A DNA stretch of 64,000 bases. Source: Malacoraja senta. Taxonomy: Eukaryota. How positions within the stretch are numbered: position 1 is the first letter of the stretch; each line of letters starts with the position of its first letter. The notes under the pieces are model-generated. The model was not told where the DNA came from. It ran no database searches and worked only from the letters and a program-made list of their open reading frames with translations. Location: assembly GCA_038087875.1 (NCBI GenBank), contig CM075993.1, positions 6,078,001 to 6,142,000 on the forward strand, given 5' to 3'. Below are positions 1 to 11,300 of this stretch, piece by piece. A program made the translations under genes and the position numbers.

Positions 1-497
1 CTGTCCATTGTCTCCACAGATGCTGCCTCACACCCACTGAGTTCCTCCAACACTTTGTGTTTGCTGTAGAAGGTTAACTCTACCACATGCTCACCTCACT
101 ACAAAACAGGTTTGTAGATCGGAATAATAGAGGATTACTAAAATGAACCTCAACATTGACTAGTGAAGCTGAAAGGCCGGTTGCTATGTGATTAATATAA
201 ATATCAACTTACAATGAGCAACAAATACAAGTTATAAAGGTAGAGATTACTCTTTATTACTCTATAAAGGTAGAGATTACTTACTGTGGCTAATCTTCCT
301 CTTTCCCCTGAGGGTGTTAAATCATGGTAACCCTTTAATATATCTTCCCCTTTGCTCTATCTATTGTACTTGAATTTCACTTGATTTCATTCATGTATAA
401 TATTATCTGATCTGTTTGGGTAAGATGCAAAACAATGTTGTTTTCACTGTTCTTTGGTACACATGACAATAATAAACCTAAACCTGTCATTAAGTAG

Positions 498-686
498 TGT
501 CACAAAAAGCTGGAGTAACTCAGCGGGACAGGCAGCATCTCTGGAGAGAAGGAATGGGTGACGTTTCGGGTCGAGACCCTTCTTCAGACTGGTTACATCA
601 CAGAGATGTTGCCTGTCCTGCTGAGTTACTCCAGCTTTTGGTGTCTATCTTGGGGTTTAAACCAGCATCTGCAGTTCCTTCCTACA
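498..686 (+). mobile_element. Penelope-like inverted pLTR insertion
   Basis: TSD CATTAAGTAG at 488-497 and 687-696. Confidence 0.7.
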
Positions 687-1803
687 CATTAAGTAGCATC
701 CATTCTGCAACCTGCCATCTTAGAATTATAATCTTTCCTATCCAGGTGAGGTACAACCTGACTTTGCCCTCCTTAGTCAAGGGGTATCAAACTGCTATAT
801 ATCTCTGTCACTATCATACAGATTGCAATCAATTCAGACATGAAACACGACTGATAACACCAACATGTCTGTTCAGTGTGTCAAACCTCGCTTATACTCT
901 ACAAGCAAGTTTAACCTCCAAGTTGACTGTGATCAGCATCTCTGTAAGAAATCCATTCCATTTTACACATTTTCACCCACAAATTGTTACAGCAACTCAA
1001 AGTATCCCAACCAAAGTTTGACAGTCTGATGGGCTCTCATCTTTTATTTCCACATTCGTCATCAGTTTAGATCATTCTTGTGCTGAAAATAACAAGCCGG
1101 GAACAAGTCTAGGAAAATTTGGAAGGACACAAAGTCCTGGAGTAACTCAGCAAGTCCAGCAGCATCAATGGAGAAGATAGATAGACAGGCAACGTTTCGG
1201 GTCGGGACCCTTCTTCAGACTGACTGTCGTGAGAGAAGAAAGCTGGCAGAGAGGAGAGCTAGGACTGGAGTCTGAAGAAGGGTCCTGACCCGAAACCTCA
1301 CCTATCCATGTTCTCCAGAGATGCCGCCAGACCCACTGAGTTACTTTGTGTTCCTTTGTGCAAAGAACCAGAATCTGTAATTCCTTGTTTCTACAGAGGA
1401 AAATTTGAAACGAGAGAGATTTCACTCTGAGGAAGATGCTCCTCAGAGATCATAAAATCTCCAGTCACCTCTCCTTTTGCTGAGGTGTATTTCTGCACAT
1501 CATAAATGTCCCAATAACAAATTAGTGGCAAAATGTAAACTCTCTGCATCCTCACTTGTTAAGGTGCAGCATGTGAAATTCTGATCAGTGTCGTACAAAG
1601 CCAGTGTTGGCATCAAAATCAGACCACAGTATGGGCATGGAACATCACTGGCCATGGGATCTGAGGAGAAATGCCGTAGCTTAATACTGTACACCTTCTG
1701 CTGAGACTGACTTCTGACACAAATTGACTGACCTGCTCAGAATTGTTCTGCTTTTAATCCTAATATCCAGGTGTTTTGTACAGGAAACAGAACACAGTAC
1801 CAA

Positions 1804-2015
1804 TGATAGACACAAAAAGCTGGAGTAACTCAGCGGGACAGGCAGCATCTCTGGAGAGAAGGAATGGGTGACGTTTCGGGTCGAGACCCTAAGAAGGGTC
1901 TCGACTCGAAACGTCACCCATTCCTTCTCTCCAGAGATGCTGCCTGTGCCGCTGAGTTATTCCAGTTTTTCGTGTCGATCTTCGGTTTAAACCAGCATCT
2001 GCAGTTCCTTCTTGA
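1804..2015 (+). mobile_element. Penelope-like element end: inverted pLTR plus pLTR with a ~35-nt tail
   Basis: About 85-bp inverted arms; tail AAACCAGCATCTGCAGTTCC on one side only; TSD ACAGTACCAA. Confidence 0.75.
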
Positions 2016-3083
2016 ACAGTACCAACAAAGCTAGTCTCCTAATTATTATCAAATAAAAGTGCTTAAATGACAATTAACTAGGGTAAAAAAAAAAAGGACA
2101 CAAAGTGCTGGAGTAACTCAGCGGGTCAGGCAGCATCTCTGGAGAACTTGGGTAGCTGACATTAAAGGTCGGGACCCTCCTTCAGACCCTTCCTGATCTA
2201 GGGTGTCCTGACTAGGCACCACAATATCAAAGTGTTGCTGATGTTTTGGTCAATGTGATACAAATGACAAGAACTAATAACTCATTGTATTTGTTTGTGA
2301 ACATCTTTATTACGTAGGGCGAGGAGCAGATGCATCTAAATTAATCAGACTTGAGAGAGATCCTGAAAGGTCAGTCGGCAGAGGTGAATGGGATGAGAAC
2401 GTATTGGCAATTGTTCTGAGACCTACAACAAAATTAAAAAGGTGTCATTTAACATCTGTCACTGGAGAAATCGATTTTCCTGATGTTTCTTTCATGGAAG
2501 TTTCTTTTCAGCAGTTATTTTACTCAAAATGAGAGCGATCAATGAACAAGACCTTCCCATTCCAAGCACATTTGGCCGCCACAATGTCAAGAGTACAGTT
2601 AGATACCGAACCAGATTTTATCCTTTATCCCTCTGGCATCAGCAGGTACATTGTCCCAACTCCAGCCATGGAATACAATCCAATTCAGGACCACATCAGA
2701 ACTTGCCTTGACAATGCTCATTCATTTAATGCAAGATCCTTCCTATTTATAGAGAAGATAATCTTGGCCGGTTTTGAAAAGCCTTCAGGAACTGAATATC
2801 TCAAGCACAAGGCACTGCATGTTATTACTAGTGTAATTAAAAGACTACATATTGATCAAGGTCATCAAAATTATCTTTGCTTAATGCTTTGTTCAATCCT
2901 CTGGCTGTTTTTATCCTTATTTGCTTTCAAACGTAATGGTGAAACATTATTAGATCATAAGACTAATTAGATCATAAGACTAGAGCAGAATTAAACCATT
3001 CAACCCATTGAGTCTGTTCCGCCATTCGATCATGGCTGATCTATAATTCTCATGCCTTCTCCCCATAACCTTTGATACCCTTA

Positions 3084-3303
3084 TAGCCCTGTCCCACAGT
3101 ACGAGTTCATTCCAAGAGCTCTCCCGAGTTTAAAAAAAATCAAACTCGTGGTAAGCACGGAGAATGAACGTAGCGGGTACGTCGGAGCTCGGAGACGTCA
3201 CTTAGCGGCTCGTAACGGCAGGTACTCGGGAAGACTCGCTAACAGCAGGTAAGCACGGGAAGACTCGTGAAGATTTTTCAACATGTTGAAAGGGACAGGG
3301 CTA
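3084..3303. mobile_element. Harbinger-type MITE flanked by a duplicated LINE tail
   Basis: TAGCCCTGTCCC...GGGACAGGGCTA termini; about 100 bp at 2982-3083 is repeated at 3308-3407. Confidence 0.6.
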
Positions 3304-3498
3304 ATAGGAGCAGAATTAAACCATTCAACCCATTGAGTCTGTTCCACCATTCGATCATGGCTTATCTATCATCCTCATGCCTTCTCCCCGTAACCTTTGA
3401 TACCTTTACTAATCAAGCCCCTTACTAAACATCGTTGGTAGACCTTCCAATTCCAGGAGCAACAGCTTGTGAGAGGAAAGCAGCTTTCTTTCCATGGC

Positions 3499-3699
3499 AG
3501 ACACAAATGCTGGAGAAACTCAGAGGGTGAGGCAGCATCTATGAAGCGAAGGAAATAGGCAATGTTTTGGGCCGAAACCCTTCTTCAGACCCGAAACGTT
3601 GCCTCTTTCCTTCGCTCCGTAGATGCTGCCTCACCCGCTGAGTTTCTCCAGCATTTTTGTCTACCTTCGATTTTCCAGCATCGGCAGTTCCTTCTAAAA
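3499..3699 (+). mobile_element. Penelope-like inverted pLTR insertion
   Basis: 15-bp TSD CTTTCTTTCCATGGC at 3484-3498 and 3700-3714. Confidence 0.75.
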
Positions 3700-5157
3700 C
3701 TTTCTTTCCATGGCTGTGCTTAGCTTGAGCACTTGCATGCACAGTGTCCTCCCTGCATTGCCTCTGCCGCCGGTACATGCCCCCTGCTTCCTTCTGCTGT
3801 GTCTTGTATCTACAGACTAACCTCTCTGGCTGGTTGTTTAAGCCAGGCAGAGTAACAGGGGCAGAGTTACTGCTAGGAATCACAGAGTGGGTGATGCAGG
3901 TTCGTACAGGATCTGCGTGCCAAGTAGGGTTTCTAGGAACAAGGGCCAAGAGGCTGGCATCAGCAGATGACAATATAGGTTGAAGCTGTAAGCAACATGC
4001 AGAAACTCTGCTGGTCTTCGTTGGCCCTTGTACCTTTCGTGGCCACTAACTTGCAGGACCTTGTCGTCCACTTGGGGATGGTTCCACAAGGGTTACTCCT
4101 GTAATTTTGGGCATTTCCTCAGAGTTTATGTGCTGCTTTCTTCTGCAAATGTTAGAGGATGGCTGTTGAGAAGAGAAGCAGAGATATGAAAGATATGCAT
4201 CGAGTGGATGGGATGAGAAATGGAGCAAGGAGGAAGTATGTTGAGCCGTGTGCAAGTGCGAAAGAAGTCTGAAGCCATAAAATGAAACCAACTCAATAGC
4301 CAGGTGTACAAAAAGACCGACTAATGTGGCTTCTGACTTTTGGAATCCAAAGACAAGGAACTCTTGAGAGACAAAGATGCAGCAGTCGGAAGCATTCAAC
4401 TTTTGTTTTATTAGTAGGGCTGAAATAATTCACAGTATTATTTGAAGTAAAATCTAATAGTCCAGAAAATCTGTTAATTCACATCCACCAAATTCCCAAG
4501 ACTGTTGGATTGTCAGAGTTTTACAATAGCACGGAATGCGTATCCTTTATCACAAGTTTCAGAACAGGAAACATTAAAAATGTCAGGCTAATTAATTAAC
4601 AGCAGAAATATAATACTACCTCTTAACGGTAAATAAAACGAGTTCTGGACATTAATGATCGTCGCATTCTGGGAATACCTTCAACCATTCACACGTTTGT
4701 GGACTTGAGTATTTGCTCTAACCACAGCAAGAATAGATGAAATGTTTGCCAGAAGATCCGGCGTTTGTGTGTTTCATGCATTCAACTAATTCCTTCGAAT
4801 GCATATTGTTTTAACACTATTAACAGTATTGAGTTACTTTCCTAAGTAATATCAGCTTATTTTGTGCATTGTAATCACCAATGAGAATGGCATTTCCCCT
4901 TCCCATGACACAAACGGTTGTCTCCTGATGCTGTCTCCACCGATCTACCTTATTTGTTAGCTCTGTTAATAGATGCTTAATGTCTTATATTCACCGTTTT
5001 ACCCTGTGCTTGCAGGCCCATTACTGAATGAATTAAAAATGGCAGATTAATATGGACCCTACAAGATGGCGGCAGGCAGAGGAAAGGAACGATGGCAGTG
5101 AGCAGGTTGGGGGCTCACCTCCCGCTGCAGGAGGTGCCCCGGGGCATGGAGGCTGAT

Positions 5158-5467
5158 CTAGTTTAGAGGCCTGGTTTAGTTTAGAGAAACAACATGGAAA
5201 CTGGCCCTTTTGCACATTCAGTCCACCCCGACCAGCGATCCCCGCACACTAACACTATCCGACATACCAGGGACAATTTACAATTTTACCAAGCCGTGTA
5301 GCCTACAAATCTGTACATCCATGGAGTGTGGGAGGAAACCGGAGCACCTGGGGAAAACCCACGCAGGTCACGGGGAGAAGGCACAAACTCCATACAGACA
5401 GCACCCGTGGTCAGGATAAAACCCGCGTCTCTGGCCTTGTAAGACAGCAACTCTACCGCTGCGCCAC
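5158..5467 (-). mobile_element. HE1/V-SINE-type SINE
   Basis: Same family. Confidence 0.8.
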
Positions 5468-5806
5468 TGAAGGCGAAGGACAACGCGTTCACGGGCCGAT
5501 GGCGAAGCATCGTAGTGATCGATGTGGCGGAATGGGCCGCTGGCCCTGAAGCAGCTTGGATCGTCCCGTTAGATCGGGCGCTATTCCAAGTGGCAAAGCG
5601 CGCGTAATGAACAGAGCAGCGGCAGAGGACATCAACATACCGTCTGGGCAGGCCGACCGATGCAACTCCAGCCCAGTGCCGCCGACAGGATAAAGGGCCT
5701 ATGTGGCCAAGTCAAGACTCTAACATTCTGTTTTAAATTTCAGATTGAAGGGTAAATAGTGTCTAAATCACGGCGACTCCTGTGTACTGACTCAGTGTGG
5801 TCTCCT

Positions 5807-5946
5807 GGGTGGAAGATTGCAACCTTCACGTGGTCCGCCCTGTTTCGACTAATGCAATCAACTCGACGTGCACAAACGGAAGATCAAATATAACAAGTTG
5901 TCCTACAACTTTAGGCTGTGCACGCCACACGAAAGAAGAAGAAGAA
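5807..5946 (+). mobile_element. Ribozyme-headed short retroposon, copy A
   Basis: Same sequence; ribozyme at 5807-5859 (first G missing); TSD GTGGTCT(C/A)CTG; GAA tail. Confidence 0.8.
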
Positions 5947-6483
5947 GTGGTCTACTGTCTTACACTCTGTACTTAGTATGATTGATTGATTGATTGATTT
6001 TTACTTTATTAAAAATCAATTGTGCCTAATGTATAGCAGGATTGGCACTGAACTGTGTGTAATAAAGAATTTCACTCTACTTTGGTACATGTGACAGTAA
6101 CGTACCCTTGGACCATTGCAAAATTATATATCTCAAAATCTCTGTAGAGCTATTCCATTTGTAACCCTGTATATGCATTGTGGCGCGATCAACAAATATA
6201 TTCCTGCTTGATGCCAAGTTCTGGGAATAAAAATGGCGTTGACCCCTTCACTCATACCCGATGGACCGTGGCCCAGGGTCACGTCTTGTGGAACAACCAA
6301 CACCTTTCTCCCTGCCTCGACTTGATCCAGAGACGCATCAGAAATGCCAGAGGACATATTTTTCAGGTTTTGGTGGGCACCCGCTCAGTTGCTTTATTAT
6401 GGGGACCTGTGAGTTACTGATTTAGGGTCAGAGTCGTACTGCTGAGAAACAGGCCATTTGGCCCACTGTGTCCATGCTGATTA

Positions 6484-6820
6484 GGAACAGCACCTCATAT
6501 TTCGCTTGGGCAGCTCAAAACCCAGCGGTATGAATATTGACATCTCTAATTTCAAGTAATCCTTGCATGCCATTCTCTCTCCGTCCCTCACCCACCCTAG
6601 TCTTCCTGCTGGTTTTACTGTATCCCCTCGTTATCACCTCCTCCACAATGGACCATTGTGGGCACTTTGATCATTGGTGCTGGCTCTGATCTGGTCTGTA
6701 CCTTTTCATATCTCTAGATTCTCCATCCCCTGACTCTCAGTCTGAAGAAAGGTCTTGACCTGAAACATCACCTATTCTCCAGCGATACTGCCTGACCCGC
6801 TGCTCCAGGGTTTTGTGTCT
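6484..6820 (+). mobile_element. Penelope-like element 3' end
   Basis: [24 protein letters not shown] then stop, followed by a pLTR. Confidence 0.75.
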
Positions 6821-7821
6821 TCTCTATTGTACTTATCTATACCAGTCCCTGCACATAGTCCATGCCAAGGTGCCTATATGCATGCTTCACCATTTATCTA
6901 CCTGTGCTGCCAAATTTAAGGATCTATGGACATTCCTTGACAATTCAATTTATTGTCCAGATGCTTCTTAAATGTTGAGTCTCTTTCTCCACCACTTCCT
7001 CCAGCAGCATGCTTCAGATTCCAGCTGCTCTTTGACAAGGTTTCCCCTCAGATTCCCTCTAAACCTCCTATCTATCACTTGATACTTTTTGTTTTATTCA
7101 TCCCCAACAAAGGAAAACGATTCTTATCGAAGAAAGATACAAAGCGCTGGAGTAACTCAGCGGGTTAGGCAGCATCTCTGGAGAAAAAGGATGGGTAATG
7201 TTTCGGGTTGGGACCCTTCTTCAGACGTACGATTCTTATCGTTAGCTCCTTTTTATAATTTTGTACACCTCCCTCAGGTCACCCCTCAGCCTCCATTCCA
7301 GGGAACACAAACTCAGCCTCTCTAATCTTTTCTTGTCACTGAAATGTTCCAATCCAAGCAACATACCACATCCTACCTACAAGGTGACCGCCTAAACAGC
7401 GCGTGATACTCCAAGTGCGGCTAACCAATATTTCAATGTTTTATGAAATTGTAACATAATGTCCCTGCTCTCATATTCTATGCCAAGATAACTCTATGGC
7501 TATCCTACCCACCTATCTACCCTTTCAGGGATCTATGGACTTAAACCCCAGGTCTCTCTGTTCATCAACACTCACTAGGGTACCACCATTTATCATGTAC
7601 AACCTACCCTTATTTGACCTTCCAAAATGCATCATTTCATAATTGTCAGGGTTAAATTCCATCTGCCATTGCTCAACTTTCAAGCTGACCAATATCTTGC
7701 CGGATCTCAAGACAATCCTCGTCCCCATCTCCAACATCACAAACTTTCGTGTCATCCGCAAACTTGCTCATCATACTGTCTCCTACATTCATATCCAAGT
7801 CGTCAATGTATAATCGCATAC

Positions 7822-7946
7822 ATCAAGGGTGTCATCACCGGAGAACATTTCTGAGCATCATCCACAATTTCTGCTTGGTCTCGGTCATTCCCCATGGCAA
7901 CTATGATCAGAAGGTACATTCTTTGATTTCCAGACTCCATTAATTT
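7822..7946 (-). CDS. Candidate further TTLL13 exon (KLMESGNQRMY...)
   Basis: tgtag acceptor and GTATGC donor, open in phase 0, unique sequence; no homology recognised. Confidence 0.25.
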
Positions 7947-8132
7947 CTACATTTCACAGATGGTATATTTAACAAAGCAGTTCATCCAGAAAGAAATATC
8001 CAAGATTAATGCACAGAAATCATCCACATCGAGAGATTAAATCAATACTTAAAATACTATCAGATCAGTTCATCTGTTGGATGCACGGCTATGGGGCAAT
8101 GAAGAATCAGCAGTAATTACTGGGAATAGTAC

Positions 8133-8301
8133 CTCTTTCTTTAGGGCGAAACAGTTGTTGTACTTCCTGTAGACTCGTTCCAGTGCAGAGGGCTCGGACC
8201 CTGACTCGCCATGCAGGTGGGCATCCTTTGGTTCCTTCACTTTTCTCCCCTTTGCCAGCTCTTTCGGTTCGTTCTTCTGTCGAATCTCCTCCAGTTGGTG
8301 C
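8133..8301 (-). CDS. TTLL13: TTLL13 exon (HQLEEIRQK...LHGES...LKKE)
   Basis: 169 nt, phase-compatible, QLEEIR motif; the donor is less certain. Confidence 0.8.
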
Positions 8302-11300
8302 CTGATCATAAAGAACCCGATAACTAGTCAATCAACGTGCACCCAACATACTCTGCTGAAGAAGGGTCTCGACCCGAAACGTCAGAGGGGGAATTCCAGA
8401 ACCAGGGGCACAGTTTAAGAATAAGGGGTAGACCATTTGGAACTGAGTTGGAGGCCAATTCCCTGGATGTTTTCAAGAGAGAGTTAGATTTAGCTCGTAA
8501 GGCTAACGGAATCAGGGGATATAGGAAAAAAGCAGAAACGGGGTACTGATTTAAGATGATCAGCCATGATGATATTGAATGGCAGTGCTGACTCGAAGGG
8601 CCGAATGGTCCACTCCTGCACCTATTATACTGTTTCTATGTCACCCATTCCTACTATCCAGGGATACTGCCTGTTCCGCTGAGTTACTCAAGTATTTTGT
8701 GTCTATCCTCAGTTTAAACCAGAATCTGCAGTTCCTTCCGACACACTCTGCAAAATAAAGTCCAGTAAATAAAGTCTAGTAAAGTCTAATTAAAGATAGC
8801 CCGAAGGTTTCCAATAAGGTAAATAGTAGCTCAGGACCGCTCTCAAGTTGTTGGTAGGATGGTTCAATTAAATGATAACAACTGGGAAGGAACTGTCCAT
8901 TTATCTGGAGGTGTGCGTTTTCATACTTCTATGCCTCTTGCCTGATGGAGAGGGAAGAGGGAGAGACCAGGGAGAGACTGGTCCTTGATTATGCTGGTGG
9001 CCTTGTGGAAACAGCATTTATAAATAGTCAATGGAAGGGACGTTTGTTTGTGTGATGGTCCGGGCTGCATCCACAATTCTGCAATTTCTTATGGTCTTGG
9101 ATGGAGATGTTCCCAATCCATGCCCTGATAAGATACTTTCTACGTAGAGGTTAGTGGGAGTTGTTGGGGGAATGACAAACCTCCGAAGCCTTCTCAGGAA
9201 GTAGAGGTGTTGGTGTGCTTTATTGGCCATTGCTTTGATATGGGCGATCCAGAACAAGTGTATATAACATTCTCCCAGAGCCAATGCCACATAAAATCTC
9301 TGACCCCAGCTAGCCTGGGCAAAGTCTCCAGATCGTGGATTTTAAGGAGGTGGAGTAAATAAAATATGATTAAGACTCCTGTTTCGTGCAGGAATATGGA
9401 CCTCCACAACCACAGTGGGCAACCTAGCAGCCGACTCTTAAAGCCATAGAAATAAGGAACTGTAGATGCACAAAAGGACACAAAGTGCTGAAGTAACTAA
9501 GCGGATCAGGCAGCATCTCTGGGGATAAGTGATGTTTCGGGTCGAGTCGCTACTTCAGAAAGGTCTGAAGAAGGGCCTTAACCTGAAACATCACCTATCC
9601 AGAGATGCTGCCTGACCTGCTGATTTAGACAAGCACTGTGTCCATTCCTGCTCTTTATACTAGTGCTTCAACAGGTGACACCATGGGCAAAATCACAAAG
9701 AGGAACTGATGTGTCGAGGCTTCAAAGAGAGAGGAAAAAAGTAAAAGGAAGCAACAAAACAGGCAGTAAGGTCACAACAATCGATCTGAAATATTTCTGC
9801 TTCTCTCACCACGGATTCCTGCTGACCTGACCTGCTGAATCACTCCATCATTTTCTGTTTTTATTTCAGGTGACAGGTATTTGCTGATTTTTCTGTCATA
9901 TCAAGCATTCTGCCCTATAAAGAGCATCGGTACAAATTCTCACATGCATTTTTACAATTTTGTGGGTGCTGTAATGAGAAAGGACCTATTTCTGGAAGAT
10001 GTTTGTGAAGCTGGATAAATACATTATGTAGTTGAATTGGTAGCAATGCTGAAGTCCTTGGAATCCTGTCAGGCTACTGGCTGGAGAATCATAGAAATAG
10101 TAATAGGGGCAGGAGGACCACTTCAGCTCCTATGAATTATGAACTCATGAAATGGTTTTCCTGTCTAGGGTTCATACCTGGCACATTCTTCTCTCGCTCT
10201 GGAAGCGACCGTCTCCTGAAAAAGCGATCCGCTTTGTTTAAAGAAGTTATCGTATTTCTCGGAGTCAAGCCGTGGGTAAATCAAATGGAAACCTCCCAGG
10301 TGTTCCTTCTCATACTTCTCCACCTGCTGGAGCCAAGCCGACTGGTAGTTCTCGTACTGTTCCCGTCTGTGGGGGTAACGGATGCCAAATCAGGAGATGG
10401 GACAAAACACGTCACTCACTGACTTCGTCAAGAATTAGAGTCATAGAGTGATACAGTGTTGAAACAGGCCCTTCGGCCCAACTTGCCCACACCAGCCAAC
10501 ATGTCCCAGCTGCACTCATCCCACCTGCCTGGGCTTGGTCCATATCCCTCCAAACCTGTCCTATCCATGTACCTGTCTAACTGTTTCTTAAACTGTGAGT
10601 CTGAAGAAGGGTTTCGACCCGAAACGTCACCCATTCCTTCTCTCCAGAGATGCTGCCTGTCCCGCTGAGTTACTCCAGCTTTTTGTGTCTATTAACTGTT
10701 TCTTAAACGTTGGGATAGTCCCAGCCTCAACTACCTCATCTGGCATTTTGCTCCATATATCCACCACCCTTTGAGTGAGATATTCTGAGATATTTCTACA
10801 GTCGTAGAGTGTTACAGTTCAGAAATGGGCTTTTCGGCTCGCCGTATCCATGCCGACCTTCATGGTCATCTATTTGCCCTCATTAAAACCTCCCCCCACG
10901 CCTCACGTTGAAGACCTTCATAAATGCAACAGTTTCAAACAACTTTAGAGATACAACACAAAAACAGGGCCTTTGGCCCACCAAGTCAGTGCCGACCAGC
11001 ACTCACTCCATACACTGGCACGATCTTACACATTAGGGATAATTTCCAGAAGCCAATTACTAGAAGCCTGTACATCTTTGGAGTGTGGGGGAAACCGGAA
11101 CACTCGGAGAAAACCCACGTGGTCACGGGGAGAACGTACAAACTCCGTAAAGACAGCACCCGATGGTCGGGATCGAACCCGGTTCTCTGACATTGAAAGG
11201 CAGCAACTCTACCACTGTGCCACCAACTGATAACATTCGCCACATGGACAGGTCACAGGATAAGCAGTTGCACAATGTAAAGTTAATGAACAGCATAATC

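Noticed and set aside
2542..2970. 142-aa plus-strand ORF
   Set aside because: No recognisable domain or splice context; antisense to the TTLL13 3' region
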